Shown: one piece after another, positions 1 to 12,884 of the stretch
Layout of the letters: each line of letters begins with the position of its first letter
Position numbering within the stretch: position 1 is the first letter of the stretch
DNA from: Phoronis australis
Lineage: Eukaryota > Animalia > Phoronida
Direction: 5' to 3'
DNA length: 64,000 nucleotides
Assembly: GCA_002633005.1 (NCBI GenBank)
Contig: NMRA01000621.1
Coordinates: 1-64,000 of the forward strand
The notes under the pieces: generated by a model
Database searches by the model: none
What the model was told of the DNA's origin: nothing
The model's input: only the letters and a program-made list of their open reading frames with translations
Program-made: the position numbers and the translations under genes

Positions 1-308
1 GTTACTCGATTCATCGAGGCTCGAGGTGCACAGTAGATCCGATGTTGATAATCAAGAGATAAGTTTAGAGTACCAGTGATGGCTCAACAAAATGCCAAAA
101 GAGGAACAATGTATCCAAACTTCTAAAATGTGGGGACATCACTTGGGGGCATACACACTGTCACAAGCAATAAAAAGGCTAAACTTGGTGGAAATTTTCA
201 TGACGTAGAAGGGCTGAGATATAAAATTTTTACAATAGTGAGCAGTCTCTTAACTTTCGCTAAGAAGGGTAACAATTTCTCTTAGTAGTATTTGACACCA
301 CTTTAAAT

Positions 309-407
309 GCAATATGCAATATACCTTATCACTACAGCGACAATATGCAATATACCTTATCACTACAGCGGCAATATGCAATATACCTTATCACTACAGC
401 GACAATA
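309..407. repeat. 31-bp tandem repeat, ~3 copies
   Basis: Unit gcaatatgcaatataccttatcactacagcg repeated head-to-tail. Confidence 0.9.
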
Positions 408-1000
408 ACTGGGACCAAGTTGGCGTAGAGCAAATTGCATCACAAGTGCACATGCGCAATGTGGGCCTTTTTCTTAGCCGGGTTGCATATGAAGTTGCTG
501 TTTATATTTGATTTATGTTTGATTTCTTTAGAAAGAGTAAAGGGAGGCTTTTGTGGCATTATTAACTGGCTTAATATAAGTCTCCTAGTTTTTGTTGGGG
601 AAAGTGTTTACTTTATTACATTTTTAGCAAAAACGCCTCACCGTGTCGCTATGGCATCGTAATTTTGCGACAAGCAATAAAATTGTGGTTAAAATGTAGA
701 AGAATTGCGTGGGAGAGTGGGACGGAATAGAGCGAGTATCGACCGTTATATAGCCAGAATTGGAATGAAAAAAGATGTTCGCCGTAATTCTAGTTTGTCA
801 TGCTCCCGATGCAAACCATTGCTTTAGGTATTAAAAAGTTACTGTCGGTGTTACGGAAATTACTTTTTAGGTTAGTTCTCTTCGCAACTTTAACACAAAA
901 CGGCGCTGTTTTCCCTGTTATAAGCCCGCATACCGCCAGGAGAGGTTAGTCAGAGTCAGCTAATACAACGCCACCAGGGGAACTAACGTTTCATTTATAC

Positions 1001-1131
1001 CATTTATAGCTATAACACTGGTCCAACTCATTTATAGCTATAACACTGGTCCAACTCATTTATAGCTATAACACTGGTCCAACTCATTTATAGCTATAAC
1101 ACTGGTCCAACTCATTTATAGCTATAACACT
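1001..1131. repeat. 28-bp tandem repeat (>=4.6 copies) running into an assembly gap
   Basis: catttatagctataacactggtccaact starts at 1001, 1029, 1057, 1085 and 1113; the array is cut by Ns at 1132. Confidence 0.95.
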
Positions 1132-1619
1132 NNNNNNNNNNNNNNNNNNNNNNNNNNNNNNNNNNNNNNNNNNNNNNNNNNNNNNNNNNNNNNNNNNNNN
1201 NNNNNNNNNNNNNNNNNNNNNNNNNNNNNNNNNNNNNNNNNNNNNNNNNNNNNNNNNNNNNNNNNNNNNNNNNNNNNNNNNNNNNNNNNNNNNNNNNNNN
1301 NNNNNNNNNNNNNNNNNNNNNNNNNNNNNNNNNNNNNNNNNNNNNNNNNNNNNNNNNNNNNNNNNNNNNNNNNNNNNNNNNNNNNNNNNNNNNNNNNNNN
1401 NNNNNNNNNNNNNNNNNNNNNNNNNNNNNNNNNNNNNNNNNNNNNNNNNNNNNNNNNNNNNNNNNNNNNNNNNNNNNNNNNNNNNNNNNNNNNNNNNNNN
1501 NNNNNNNNNNNNNNNNNNNNNNNNNNNNNNNNNNNNNNNNNNNNNNNNNNNNNNNNNNNNNNNNNNNNNNNNNNNNNNNNNNNNNNNNNNNNNNNNNNNN
1601 NNNNNNNNNNNNNNNNNNN
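1132..1619. other. Assembly gap (N run)
   Basis: Run of Ns. Confidence 1.
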
Positions 1620-2096
1620 AGTGCCATTGTATTGAACAATATTACACTCACATTACATGTTTTACTATTGTAGATTAATTGTAAACAGTGAAATTTAAAA
1701 AATGTAAAGAGACACCTAGTGGCAAAAATGCAAACTAAGTCTGAATGTTACTAGGAAGTTATTCTGGCATTGTCTGGCAACAAAAATAACACAAAACACT
1801 TGAGACTGGGCAGAATTTGTGCCTCAATGACTAAAACATTGACTAATGCTGTAAAATACAGCTTGTTTACATAATATACCAGAAATACGTTATAGTACAA
1901 AAACAATATAGTTGAATGATCTCTGTGAATGTGCACACAGACTGTATGAAAATAATAGATTATTCTGACAGCGTTTATCAAGCAGTATGAGACAAATACA
2001 TGACAATGATCAAAGTATGTACTTTCTATGACTTAATCAACAAATAAAATTATTTTTTAATACAAAAAAAACGAAATAACGGGGTTGGAGGTCTAT

Positions 2097-2490
2097 TTAG
2101 GGTTGACTTGTCAAAGAACTATCCGATGTTATGCAGTCAATGTTGCTGATGTTACTACAGTTGTCACAGCTGCACATTTCTGTACAGTTTGGCCCAGCAT
2201 TGTAGCACAAACTCAGTTTCCCAAGACACATGTTCTTTTTGCACTTGCAGCGTTCATCGTTTAGTACTGTCAATGGAGATGCGGACATTGCCATACATTT
2301 TAACTGCAAAGCTCCACCGCCAAGGAGCCACCTATGGTCGATTAGAGAGGGTACACCACCGCACACTGGTGATTGGCCCGCAGGCAATGAAGGGTCAAAC
2401 ACTAAGTCCTTGTTAGGAGGCGGGCAGGATTTGGGCAAACGTTTGATTCAAAATATGTTATAATGGGCTGTGTTAATTAGAGTCAGCAAG
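2097..2490 (-). mobile_element. Degenerate Academ-type (XPG-like + Cys8 finger) transposase C-terminal relic
   Basis: Across frameshifts and a stop the minus strand reads NTAHYNIF*IKRLPKSCPPP / LHCLRANHQCAV / RWLLGGGAL...CKCKKNMC...CYNAGPNCTEMCSCDNCSN. This matches the N..RY..F...LPP..L.LH..RANYQ...GW...C.C...C...C.C....CT..C.C..C.N pattern I associate with Academ proteins. Family assignment is from memory of the motif. Confidence 0.55.
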
Positions 2491-4120
2491 TGAATTATTG
2501 AACACTAGCCTCAATTCACTTTTGTATCTCTTAGTAGGAAACAAACTACAACAGTGAGTAGCTTCAACAATATTTCTTAAGATTGCCTGTCCAAATAACT
2601 TCATGCACACCACGGCCACTTGGGCATGTTGTTTGCAACCATCTACTCTATTTAACCTTCTCAAAAATTTTTGACTTAAAGTGCTTTAAAATTACACCCA
2701 CAGTATAACGCCATAGGATTATCCCTTCGCGCAAGCAGTGTCGATGTGGCAACTGAATGGAGTGTTCGAAAAACAGGATTGCAGGAGTATTTGTTTAAAC
2801 TGGGAACAAATGAAAACATTAACGACCTCCTCAGAGGCATCTCTCTACGCGGTACTTCTAAACTTATAGGAACATAATTTGCTGAAAAGCATCCCGCATA
2901 TGGAGTACCTATGGTATGATCACCGTCTCTACTGGGTCAGCGGTATTGCCTAAGGCCTAGGCAGCCAAGGGGATGAACAAGTTAAAAAAACAACTGGTGA
3001 TAATACTGAAACACACATGGAAAACACCAAGATATACCTTTCGAAAACACGTACCTGTTTTTCAAAGCTATACTTCTTTCTCTTTCTTGAAATATAGTCC
3101 ATAATATACTTTTCCTGCTAACAAATGATGCACTCATGTTTCATAATGTTCCTATCTTATTCAGGTTAATTGGGTGTTTCAGATTTTAGAAGTATAATTG
3201 ATTTTCTTGGGAAATCTTGGATAACATCTGTATCACTTTCAGTAACTTCAGCTTTAGTACTACTGTTGGTGGCTTGAAACGTTGCTATGCCGCTCTATTT
3301 CCTTTCAATTTTTTGGTCTGACACTTGGTCTTCTAGTCTACAGCACTCAGCAGTATACTGTGTGTAGGCTATACCAGTACATGCAGCTGTTTTCTGCACA
3401 AACGTTTGTGACACCTCTTCTTCTTTTTGACCTACTGATCTACAGAGTTCCAAAGTCCATCAGCTTTCGTCAGAAAGGTTTCCTAAGCTTCTTTAGGCTC
3501 TGGCATCACAATTTTGTGCTGTTTGATAAACCTTGAATTATACAGGCATCACACTCCATGGGAGCAGCCATATTGAAGTAACTAAGCACAACAATACAAT
3601 CTGGCTCTCTGATTGGTCAGTTCAATAGAAAATCGCCACCAAGTGGCAGGAATGTGCATAATATTTTGTGCAACAAAACACCTTTTTTAAAAAAATGTGC
3701 AAGTGTAGACGTGGGGACTTTTTGTAATTTGATTTATAGGTATATTATCTAGCCACATAGAAAAAACTAAGTTGCCCCCCCCCCAAAGTACTCAAAAGGA
3801 TGAACGCTATGAGATCTGGCCCACCGACTATATCTGTGACAAGCCAGGATGTGGTGTCAGGTCTTAAACAATACCGAATCGCCTGTTTTTTTTGCATCCC
3901 CAGAAACCACATCTTATTTGTGAGTGATTGGAAAAAGACGTCACTACCCGGAATTCGACGAACCTCAACAAAACACTGCATTAAGATACTGAACAATCCA
4001 ACCATTTCTGAGGTGCGCTAATAACCATAATCTCCCCTGCAACAAAGCAGAGATTTTGAGATAAGTCGATTATACGATATCGAAAGAATACCATGCAAGC
4101 ATAAAACAAAATACGACAGC

Positions 4121-4267
4121 AGCTGAGGTGCGTGCTCAAGTATATGTTAATGACGTGAGTAGCTGAGGTGCGTGCTCAAGTATATGTTAATGAGGTGAGT
4201 AGCTGAGGTGCGTGCTCAAGTATATGTTAATGAGGTGCTCAAGTATATGTTAATGAGGTGAGTAGCT
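4121..4267. repeat. 40-bp tandem repeat, ~3.5 copies
   Basis: agctgaggtgcgtgctcaagtatatgttaatga(c/g)gtgagt at 4121, 4161 and 4201, plus a truncated copy. Confidence 0.9.
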
Positions 4268-4715
4268 GTAATGATATCGAATTCAAGAATAATTTATTTT
4301 CCGATAAATTAACTGGAATTGCAGCTGGCGATACAGGGAGTTTGGCTGTAACTTTTGCCACTTGTAGATATTGATGACATTGTTTGTCTGATTTTTTTCA
4401 CAAAACGATTACTGATGAAATGCATTACGTTGTATGAAGCATAACAGTAAAACCCAAAATATCCAAAATAATTTTGAGTTCGATTTCGTGTTCAAAGATG
4501 AGACCCCGGGGACTGGTCATTATTATTAACGTTGTAAAATAAACATGACGGTTTTTTGATATTGTTGAAGGTAAACGCACATGGGTTACAGTGTCTCCTA
4601 GGAACCTAAAGCATCAATGTCGGATTCCTTGAGCTTGGCAAACTCAAAGAGGTAATATACACCAGAGTTCTGTGATGGATGTGAACATTCGTTTTAGACA
4701 ACTTACAGCTTTTAA

Positions 4716-4830
4716 ATTGACTTCAACTTGTTCCATATTAAGATGAGAAGCAATTGACTTCAACTTGTTCCATATTAAGATGAGAAGCAACTGACTTCAA
4801 CTTGTTCCATACTCAAATGAGAGGCAATTT
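4716..4830. repeat. 37-bp tandem repeat, 3 copies
   Basis: Unit ttgacttcaacttgttccatattaagatgagaagcaa. The last copy merges into a dispersed repeat also seen at ~12885-13050 and ~26905-27030. Confidence 0.8.
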
Positions 4831-5467
4831 CTGGGTTTGCAAAGAACAATCACTTCGTTACTTCTCGAGATCTTGTTTGGTGCATGAAATGACACGAGAC
4901 CAGCCAATTTGTAATGTCTGGTCTCAAGCACTAACCAACCAAGTGATTAGAAATTAAATGGTAGTTCAATAAAATGCGATTATTTCCACTCAGAAAAGTC
5001 ACCTTTGAAATCAGTACTGCCCGCAGACTGAGTTGACTCCGACTCGGCTGGACTCGACAAAGACGCTGGTGTGTGAGAGTTGAGTTCGTACGGCTTCAAA
5101 CGCGCTAGGTCTGCCAAAATGGCGAGACTTAACTCATTATCTGTTTCACCTATGGCATGAGTGTCGTCTTCACCTCCATCTCCGTACCTGTATTAATCAT
5201 AAAACTCAACCTTGCCGCTCTCCAAGACTTCGTGACTTACAAAATCATAGACAGTGCCACCGCCTTTATTTAGCAGAGGCGGTGGCACTACTATCCGCCA
5301 TTGCATATATGTTGTCAACTGCTCACCGCTTTCCATTGATGACATCACGTGGCGGGAAACAAAATACGTAACTTGTTATGCATGGTTTATACTTCAAGAA
5401 ATGCAAGCATCTTTTTAGGGACTCTTTAATAGAAGTGGTAATGAAAATCCATAGGCTTCTCGGGGTA

Positions 5468-5608
5468 GAGTTCAATAACGGTAGGACTTGCGCTAGGACG
5501 TCGCTAAAATCTACCGAAAATCACGTGTCCTCGCTTGAATACATGGCAATATCTCATTTAATCTCGCCGAGTCTCGCTTCTTATTGAAGTCCTACCGTTA
5601 TTGAACTT
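5468..5608. mobile_element. ~140-bp MITE (family 1) with perfect terminal inverted repeats
   Basis: agttcaataacggtaggact ... agtcctaccgttattgaact. Homologous copies at ~30505, ~57405 and ~60740. Confidence 0.8.
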
Positions 5609-7852
5609 TACCTGGCAATAGAATAAAGTTGTAAGAATTGAAAAGTGATAGAAAAAGGCTTCACGTCGTGTTTTTTGGATTTCGCACACCATGTGTACCA
5701 TGTACAAGTATCAAGAGTGATTAGTGCGCATGCGCGACGTCGAGAGCGGTGAAATTTAAAAGCTATGGCAGTTAAGTGTAAACACTGCTTCAAGTTGAAT
5801 AAACTTGTCTCCCGCTTGATGATCAAAAATTTCAAAATGAAAATGAAGCAATGAAATTAGGCTTGATTTGATGAGTACAACACTCGATCAAAACTCACTT
5901 AAGCAGACAGCCGGAAATTCACAGTGCAAACTCTCTCGGCTAATAATACAATACATAGTCATGTGAGGAAGCCGGAATTCCAGAGGTAGATTTCAATGAT
6001 AAAATCAAGCCCACGACTTTTTCGTGTCTGGTCTTACCGTCACGCTTGCACAAGCGTTTTCACACAGTAACTGTAGTCACCAAGCTTTTTAGTTTTATTT
6101 AAACTTCGTTTTTGGTGTGCCTGCTATGGACGGAGATCAAATAAATTGTTTGAGTTTACAAGTAAGCAAAAATATTATATTGATCATGTGCACAATGGAA
6201 AAGGCAACAATATGCTTCTGTGTGACGTGTATATGTGTATAAAAACCAACATCACAGATTTTTCATACTTAGCACTTGAGTTTGGTTTGGTGAGATGTAG
6301 AAAAATATCGCTTTAAAGAATTTTCATCCATTATTTCTCTTTTTATCACCTGACCTCCATTTTGCAGCAAAATTTGGTTGGCGAAGTAAACATATTTAAA
6401 TGCATCTTCCTAATATTCACGGTAAGTCGATAACAAACGAATGATACGTTCTGAAAGGGCTATGATTGAATAATTCAATGACATAACTTTCAAAATTCAT
6501 TTCTAAACTTGTATGCTTTGATTTTGTGCGGCCAAAACGGCTATTTTGAAGGATTTCACTGAAGCCATTTTCGACCAACTTTAGCACCCTGTTGCAGCCA
6601 TGTTGCATCTTTCCAAAAACTGACCTTTTAATAATTTGTTCAGTCATTCCTAACCTCTTCATAATCTAAAATAAAAATCTTGTCTCTCCCGTAGTTTTGG
6701 CTTACGAAACATTACACGAACAGCACTTGGTCCTATTTGCTTGTTCTCAGTTGCCTCAACTACCAATAGGAGACTTTTGGAACATGTAATTAGCTTACAA
6801 AAACACCACGTAAATAACTTGTATCGTGGAGAAAAATCAGCCAGCATTGCTAATTACTATACCCTGAAAACCACACTGATGATTATTGTTTATTACAAAA
6901 AGTTGTGTACATAAATCATCACTGGAGTGCGTGATTCGTCTCTATGGCGTCGGTGGTTGTGTCCATGGAGACTATGGACGCGACAAGATGCCGAATCTGC
7001 CTTGCTCTCGTTTTTTTTATCTTCGTTGTGAGAGTCACTGGCATAGGAAGCTGGTGGGGGCACCCAAGGGGGCTGTGTCCCTCTGTCCAGTGCATAAAAA
7101 TCGTTAGCTCTGTCAAATCTCACTGCAATATCCCCGCAAGTTACTTCAAATTTTAGTCTCCGGTTGTCGCTAGAAAAAAGTGGCGTTTGCACCTCCCCCG
7201 GTCACCTCCAATCATAGAATATTTCTGATAGTGCTTTAGCGGCGAAAATAGGGGTTATTGAGTGCACAAAAATGTGGAATTTAGATTTTTGTTAGGATAC
7301 CTTTCCATGTACAAAAATGAAGTTGTTTTGAATGTTGACGTGTAGACAGATTTTTGAAAATCTACAGGTTTTTATATGGACTGCCTCTTAAAGCGCTTCA
7401 ATTCAAACGTTTTGCTTCACATGACCAATTAAAAACGTGTTTTAAAACTTAAAGTTTGTGAAACGCTTGAAAATCGCCGTTTAAAAGCAAACTTACAACT
7501 TCTGCTTAAAACGTTCCTAACACGTTATAAAATGCTCGTGCAATAGACATTTAAAAAAATCAAGTGTGTTTAAATAACTTTATTTAGCAATTTATTTCCA
7601 CTTCACAGCATGTGATAACGAAGCAAGCTACTTCTTGATATGTAGCTTTATGAGACATATAAGAAAGTCAAAACAATCAAAAAGTCTATGGCATGTAAAC
7701 GGATTTAAAATAATCGAGCGGACTTATAGCTTTCTTTGCGATTTGTCGTTCGTTCTGTACTAACTCGATCTTTCCGTGTCACCTCAAGGAATTTGGTGGA
7801 ATCTGCGAACTGAAAAAGTAGGATACAATACGATCTGAGGTAGAATTTAACA

Positions 7853-8148
7853 GATACGTAAGCACAAGTTGAAGATACGTAAGCACAAGTTGAAGATACG
7901 TAAGCACAAGTTGAAGATACGTAAGTTCAAGTTGAAGATACGTAAGTACAAGTTGAAGATACGTAAGTACAAGTTGAAGATACGTAAGCACAAGTTGAAG
8001 ATACGTAAGCACAAGTTGAAAATCCGTAAGTACATGTTGAAGATACGTAAGCACAAGTTGAAAATCCGTAAGTACAAGTTGAAGATACGTAAGCACAAGT
8101 TGAAGATACGTAAGCACAAGTTGAAGATACGTAAGCAAAAGTTGAAGT
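7853..8148. repeat. 21-bp minisatellite, ~14 copies
   Basis: Unit gatacgtaagcacaagttgaa with variants. It produces the heptad-repeat ORFs in several frames (KHKLKIR, LQLVLTY, AYVSSTC). Confidence 0.95.
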
Positions 8149-9076
8149 AAAACTAGAAGCAGATGAGTGAGCAACCGTTGGAAGCAAAATCTGAAATAAA
8201 CTATCACGTGATAGGGGAGGAAAAAGGTGTATTGTTAGTGCAGGATTGTGGGCGAGCAAAGTAGGTGAGTGTTCGGAGTCCCCTTCCGAGAGGAGCTCTT
8301 GATGTGTGAAAAGATACGCATAGTGTAATTACAAAATGCAGAAAAGGTGCCAATTGAATTCACTGTTGAATTTCCTCTCAAGATAGACTCTTTCAACACT
8401 ACCAAAAGGTGGAGCTGAACGACAGCTGCTTCCATCATTGAGGCTCTCCTTCATTCAAAGACTTTTTGAGGTCGTGAGATCAGTTTTGGGTTTTGTAAAT
8501 TTCCTCTACTTTCAGTCAAGACGATTCGTGTAATTTAATTGCGTTTTGAGGGAAAATCAAACTTTACAAACACTTAGAAAGAAGAACGGATGATAATGTC
8601 AATGTAGGGTGCACAATAAAATGAAAGAATACACTAGAATTGCAAGTAACAGGATCTACAATCTTAAACAACAGTAAAACAGTGACAGATGACGTCATCA
8701 TCCGGTCCCTTATAGGAAATAGAAAAATACCCCTCCGCCATGCTCCCCTTCAATATAAGCCGGGACTATTTATAGATTTAGGAACAGCATTCATACACAG
8801 AAATCGGTAGCTCTGCGTTGTCGAAAATAGTCCTTTTGAACTGAAAACTTTTAATAAAATTACTGAACGTATGGTAAACTTTCTGACATAAACGAATGTT
8901 GACAATACATGGTTAAAAAAGTAAGATTTGAGGTCACCATGATAAAAGTGCAACGACCTCCCAAAACATAAACTCGATAGTGGGTTTAATAGATGCGCAA
9001 CATGCAAGTGAAGATGTGCTTTGATATCTTTGTTGGCAATTGATGGGTGCAGGTACAAACAAAAAATGTTTAAAAG

Positions 9077-9207
9077 TCACGATACAAACAAAAAGTATCT
9101 ACCGTGGCTGCCGTAGTATTGAAGCACACAGCTTCCGTAGCCTTCTTTATCCTGCCATGGTGTATGGTAACACAGGGGATTGTTCCCTGCCTCCACGTCC
9201 GAAGCTC
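9077..9207 (-). CDS. Cys-rich protein paralogue B, exon homologous to exon 3 of gene A
   Basis: Acceptor tttttcgacttaaccgcag, phase 1. Reads (G)ASDVEAGNNPLCYHTPWQDKEGYGSCVLQYYGSHGRYFLFVS*. The first Cys sits at the same offset (13th residue) as in gene A exon 3. The exon may instead end at a donor G|gtagat at 9103. Confidence 0.6.
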
Positions 9208-9536
9208 CTGCGGTTAAGTCGAAAAAATATTAGACTATCTGAAATTGATCCTCTTATTATGACTGTGCTAGTTACCATTGGTACGAGACAACAAAACGAA
9301 CGAGGGTGCATGCCTTTAGAGCCGGACAAATAATTGAAAATCATAACCAAGAAAACACTTAGATTTTTGACCAGTATCGGCAGGCAAAGGTGTATAAACT
9401 AGTCAGTGGCCTCTGCATAACGACTTCCCCCGAATAATTCCGTTTCAATAGATTTCAATAAAAATATGCGAATCTTCTTTGTGACTCTACAAGCCTTCAT
9501 AACGCTATAGCTAGCTACTTCTTCTCTGGTTCTTAC

Positions 9537-9678
9537 CATAGAAGCGACAGTCGTTATGTTTGTTACATGGCATATCGTTTTTACATTGGCCGCCGTAACA
9601 CAGGTTCCGTCCATCCGAGGAGCAATCAGATCCGAGAATACAGTTGCGGTTTTGCACTTTCCCCATATATGGAAGGCG
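9537..9678 (-). CDS. Cys-rich protein paralogue B, six-Cys exon
   Basis: Acceptor tttatttttctag, donor G|gtaaga, 142 nt, phase 0 to 1. Reads RLPYMGKVQNRNCILGSDCSSDGRNLCYGGQCKNDMPCNKHNDCRFY(G), with the same Cys spacing and intron phases as gene A exon 2. Confidence 0.8.
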
Positions 9679-11436
9679 CTAGAAAAATAAACAAACAAAT
9701 ACTAATTCAAACAAAAACAATGCACCTTTAAGGTTTCTTCCTGTCATGTCTAGAATGATGAATTATGGGAAATCATTATCTCTTTCACCATCTCTTGGTT
9801 GAAAATTTTGTCTTCTACAAAGACACTGTACAATTAAACGATATTTCCATTGATCTTTAAAATGTCAATCTCGTCTGTGGGTTATGCCAGGTCTTCTTTA
9901 CAATAGACATTGTTATTGTGTTGTTCATCACTAACAACGACTATGAGCATTGCCGCGCTTCACGATTCTTCACCAAAAGTCAATGCTTCAAATAAGAACG
10001 AAAAACATTCAAAGATTTCAGTCCTGCATAATAATTCTGAATTGAAGTTAAGGCATCCACCGAGTCCTAGGTGCTTAGATTTTGCTTCATATGGTAGTTC
10101 AAATAAAGTCGGTTTGCCGAAGCCGAGAAAATGCCGATTTAACTGCGGGACAAGTGAAAATCTCAATCTTCGGTTCATTAATTTATTCGGTGAAAACTTG
10201 TTTTCGTTTAATATAACCTACACATGCTTTAACCATGTTAGCTATTTCAACATTTACTTGTAATGTCAACTGAGTTTGTAGCGCGTAATTAACTTAATTA
10301 TCATTAAAGCGTACCGTCCTCAGCTACGAGGTGGGACCAACTGTTACTGTTGTTTGGCCTACTGAAAAGTAGGTCAGAGTTCATTTTTATTAACATAGTC
10401 TGTAAACATCACTTGCCGTTAGATTTATACGAAACCAAGTAAGAAATGGATAACAACAATCGAGTCGGTAGTTAAAGCATGTCGATAGCGTGCGGTCGAA
10501 ACAGCGAACTGTCAACTTACGTATTGAATTAAGGAATTGGGGTGAGGATTTATCTGTTTTCAAAACTTGCTATGTTCATGACCACAGAGGCGGTAGACGC
10601 ACAACTCCCTCAGGGTCAAAACTACGTTTTCTCTTTGTTTTCCCTGGCACCGTTTTATCTAGCCTTGGTACAAAGCTGTATATAAATATACAACTTTGCA
10701 CCGATGCGGGTAAAAAAGTGGTAAGATAAAATCTGACACAAAATTAGCGTCATTAAAAACTACAGTCTTCCTTGAGTAATTTAAATTATTTAGCGGTGTT
10801 GGCAAAAATGGCGTTCTACCGTTATTCTGCTGCTAAAGTTGTGGAGCTATCTTTAGCAACCGCTTTCGGCGCCATGAAATTTTGCGTCACCTATTGGCCA
10901 GTTTCTTTTTTCGCCGATTCTTCAATCAACTGTTGTCCTTTCACGAGGTTGCGTACACGTCACAACAAATTATCAGAACTGGTTTCACCTCATTAAAAGT
11001 TTTTAGAATTTTGTTACCGAAAAATCGAATTTCAGAAGAAATTTTGTTGCTTCCAAGCTATCATTATCTCCCGAGAGATGTCGCAAAAATTTAGGAAATG
11101 GCGTGTGCGCGTGACACGAGCGTACTGTTTTCAAAACGACGAAATACTTTTCATTGTTAGAAAAGGCAGAGAGTTACGCAAGAAAATGAAGTTTATTGCA
11201 TTGTTTTTTCACTTAAACGGCTGTAACGGGCAAGGTGAGTGTCGGTTGACTCCCAGGTTTTGCATGCACACCGTCCGGTCTTTAGCTTTACATGTTGATA
11301 CAAGTTTCACGGCGCGGTGGCGAGCAGAACTACCCTGGCTGTGTGCAATTTCGGGGTCTACGGAAGAAATACACGCAGTGGGACCTAGCTGTATTTTGAC
11401 GACAGTCTTCATACAGCTAGCTGGCTGGCTACGTTT

Positions 11437-11754
11437 TGTCATAAGTACACCTCGTTGGCTCTAATATGGCGACTCGCTGACTGAAAGGACGGAAGGTACA
11501 TATGAAGTTGCTCTGTACATGGCGGGAGATTCGATTTGAGTGACCGCCCTGTAAACTTTGACCTCGGATAAGTAGTAAACAAATATTCACGCGGTTGTGC
11601 GATTCCAAGGTGGTTCTGCTAAATCTTTTTTCTCACTTCTCGGTATAAATTTTGTATTAAAGTTCCCGAGAATGAAGATATGGTATTTAGCTAGACGCAT
11701 GTGAAGGATTGTACAAAATGAACTATTTTATGAATAAGATTTGAGATACCCTTA
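11437..11754. mobile_element. Partial copy of the TTAA-type TIR element at 37074-37932
   Basis: Aligns by eye with ~37615-37930 (ataagtacacctcgttggctc...gataagtagtaaacaaatat...gaataagatttgagataccc) and ends in TTAA. Confidence 0.75.
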
Positions 11755-12679
11755 AGGAGAGTAGTGATGTTGGTTTACGGTTGCGATTCAATAGTTTGTA
11801 GGCCTTCAGTGAATCGTAGCGGGAAATTAATTAATACGAGCAAGGTACCAACTGCTGAATAGGGAGAGAGTGGTTGCAATTTTCCACATCGGGCGACAAT
11901 GATACTGGCTGCCTTGCGCCACTGCCACAGAGCCTCAAAAGATCTCGCAACATTGCACTTTTATCATTTGTTCATTTATGGTAACATTGATTCATGAGTA
12001 AACATAGATAAGTAAGTAAACATAAAAAATGTCAAAAACGTTATCATAATAAGCCCCCATGTGCTATGTGCCATCTCATTAACATTTCTGTAAAACAGTC
12101 AATACAATTTTGCTTAACAACATTTGTTTTGTAAGTTCTACATCGAGTTTTACACAATTTCCGAATAAGTTAAACAACGACAAATATTGGTTTGCCTGGG
12201 TGCTCTTTTCCTAAACTTTCTTATTTATTACAAACAGTAACACGTGATATTCATCTTCAACAAAACTCTCCTTACACAATCTTTCATTAACCTGAGTCCA
12301 AGCGAATCTACTCGTCTCAATTTTCAAAGGTAGTGTGGCAGGCTAGAGTTGAATTTTACTAGGACTTTGCTACAAAAGCGAGATATTTAAGACATCATTT
12401 TTCGCAAGTGAAATCAACCACCCATTGGGAACTCCTACTCAAATACTTGCAATCCATTTTCTCGAAAGACATCGCTTCGGTTGGCATCGCCAGGCAACTA
12501 GAGCGACGTCTTTCGTGAAAATGATTTGCAATCGCATCGCGTGAAACATGGACGTTTACTCGAAGCGTGCCGTTGAGACTGACTAGATTAGATATTCGAG
12601 TTCAAACGGCTATAAACTCAAGTTTAGTTGAGGAAACATTCTTTTCAGTTAGACTACTTATCGCTACAACACTGATGCT

Positions 12680-12884
12680 CATTCCAAGAAACAGACTTAA
12701 TTTCATTCAAAGATTTGTCTCAACTTCCAAGCTTTGAAACTTAGTCAACATTAAGTCGAAACTTAAGTCAAAAACTTAAGTCAAACTTGGTTTCTTTTTC
12801 TTGAAATGGACTAACTTCGTATCTTAAAAGTGACTAAAATTTAAGAATTGTGTTAGCTAAGTCAGTTATCTTGGAACGGGCCCC
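12680..12884. mobile_element. MITE with Harbinger/Tourist-like GGGCCC terminus
   Basis: ttccaagaaacagactt at the left and aagtcagttatcttggaacgggcccc at the right form an imperfect inverted repeat. Confidence 0.5.

Noticed and set aside
1001-1131. 28-bp repeats as a CRISPR array
   Set aside because: The repeats are head-to-tail with no spacers, the context is eukaryotic, and there are no cas genes.
1112-1651. 179-aa ORF
   Set aside because: Artefact of translating through the N gap.
7779-8259. Heptad-repeat ORFs as a coiled-coil or antimicrobial gene
   Set aside because: Explained by a 21-bp minisatellite that lacks stops in several frames; no splice or start support.
9399-9698. 99-aa minus-strand ORF as listed in the track
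   Set aside because: Wrong frame; the Cys-rich exon 9678-9537 is in another frame.
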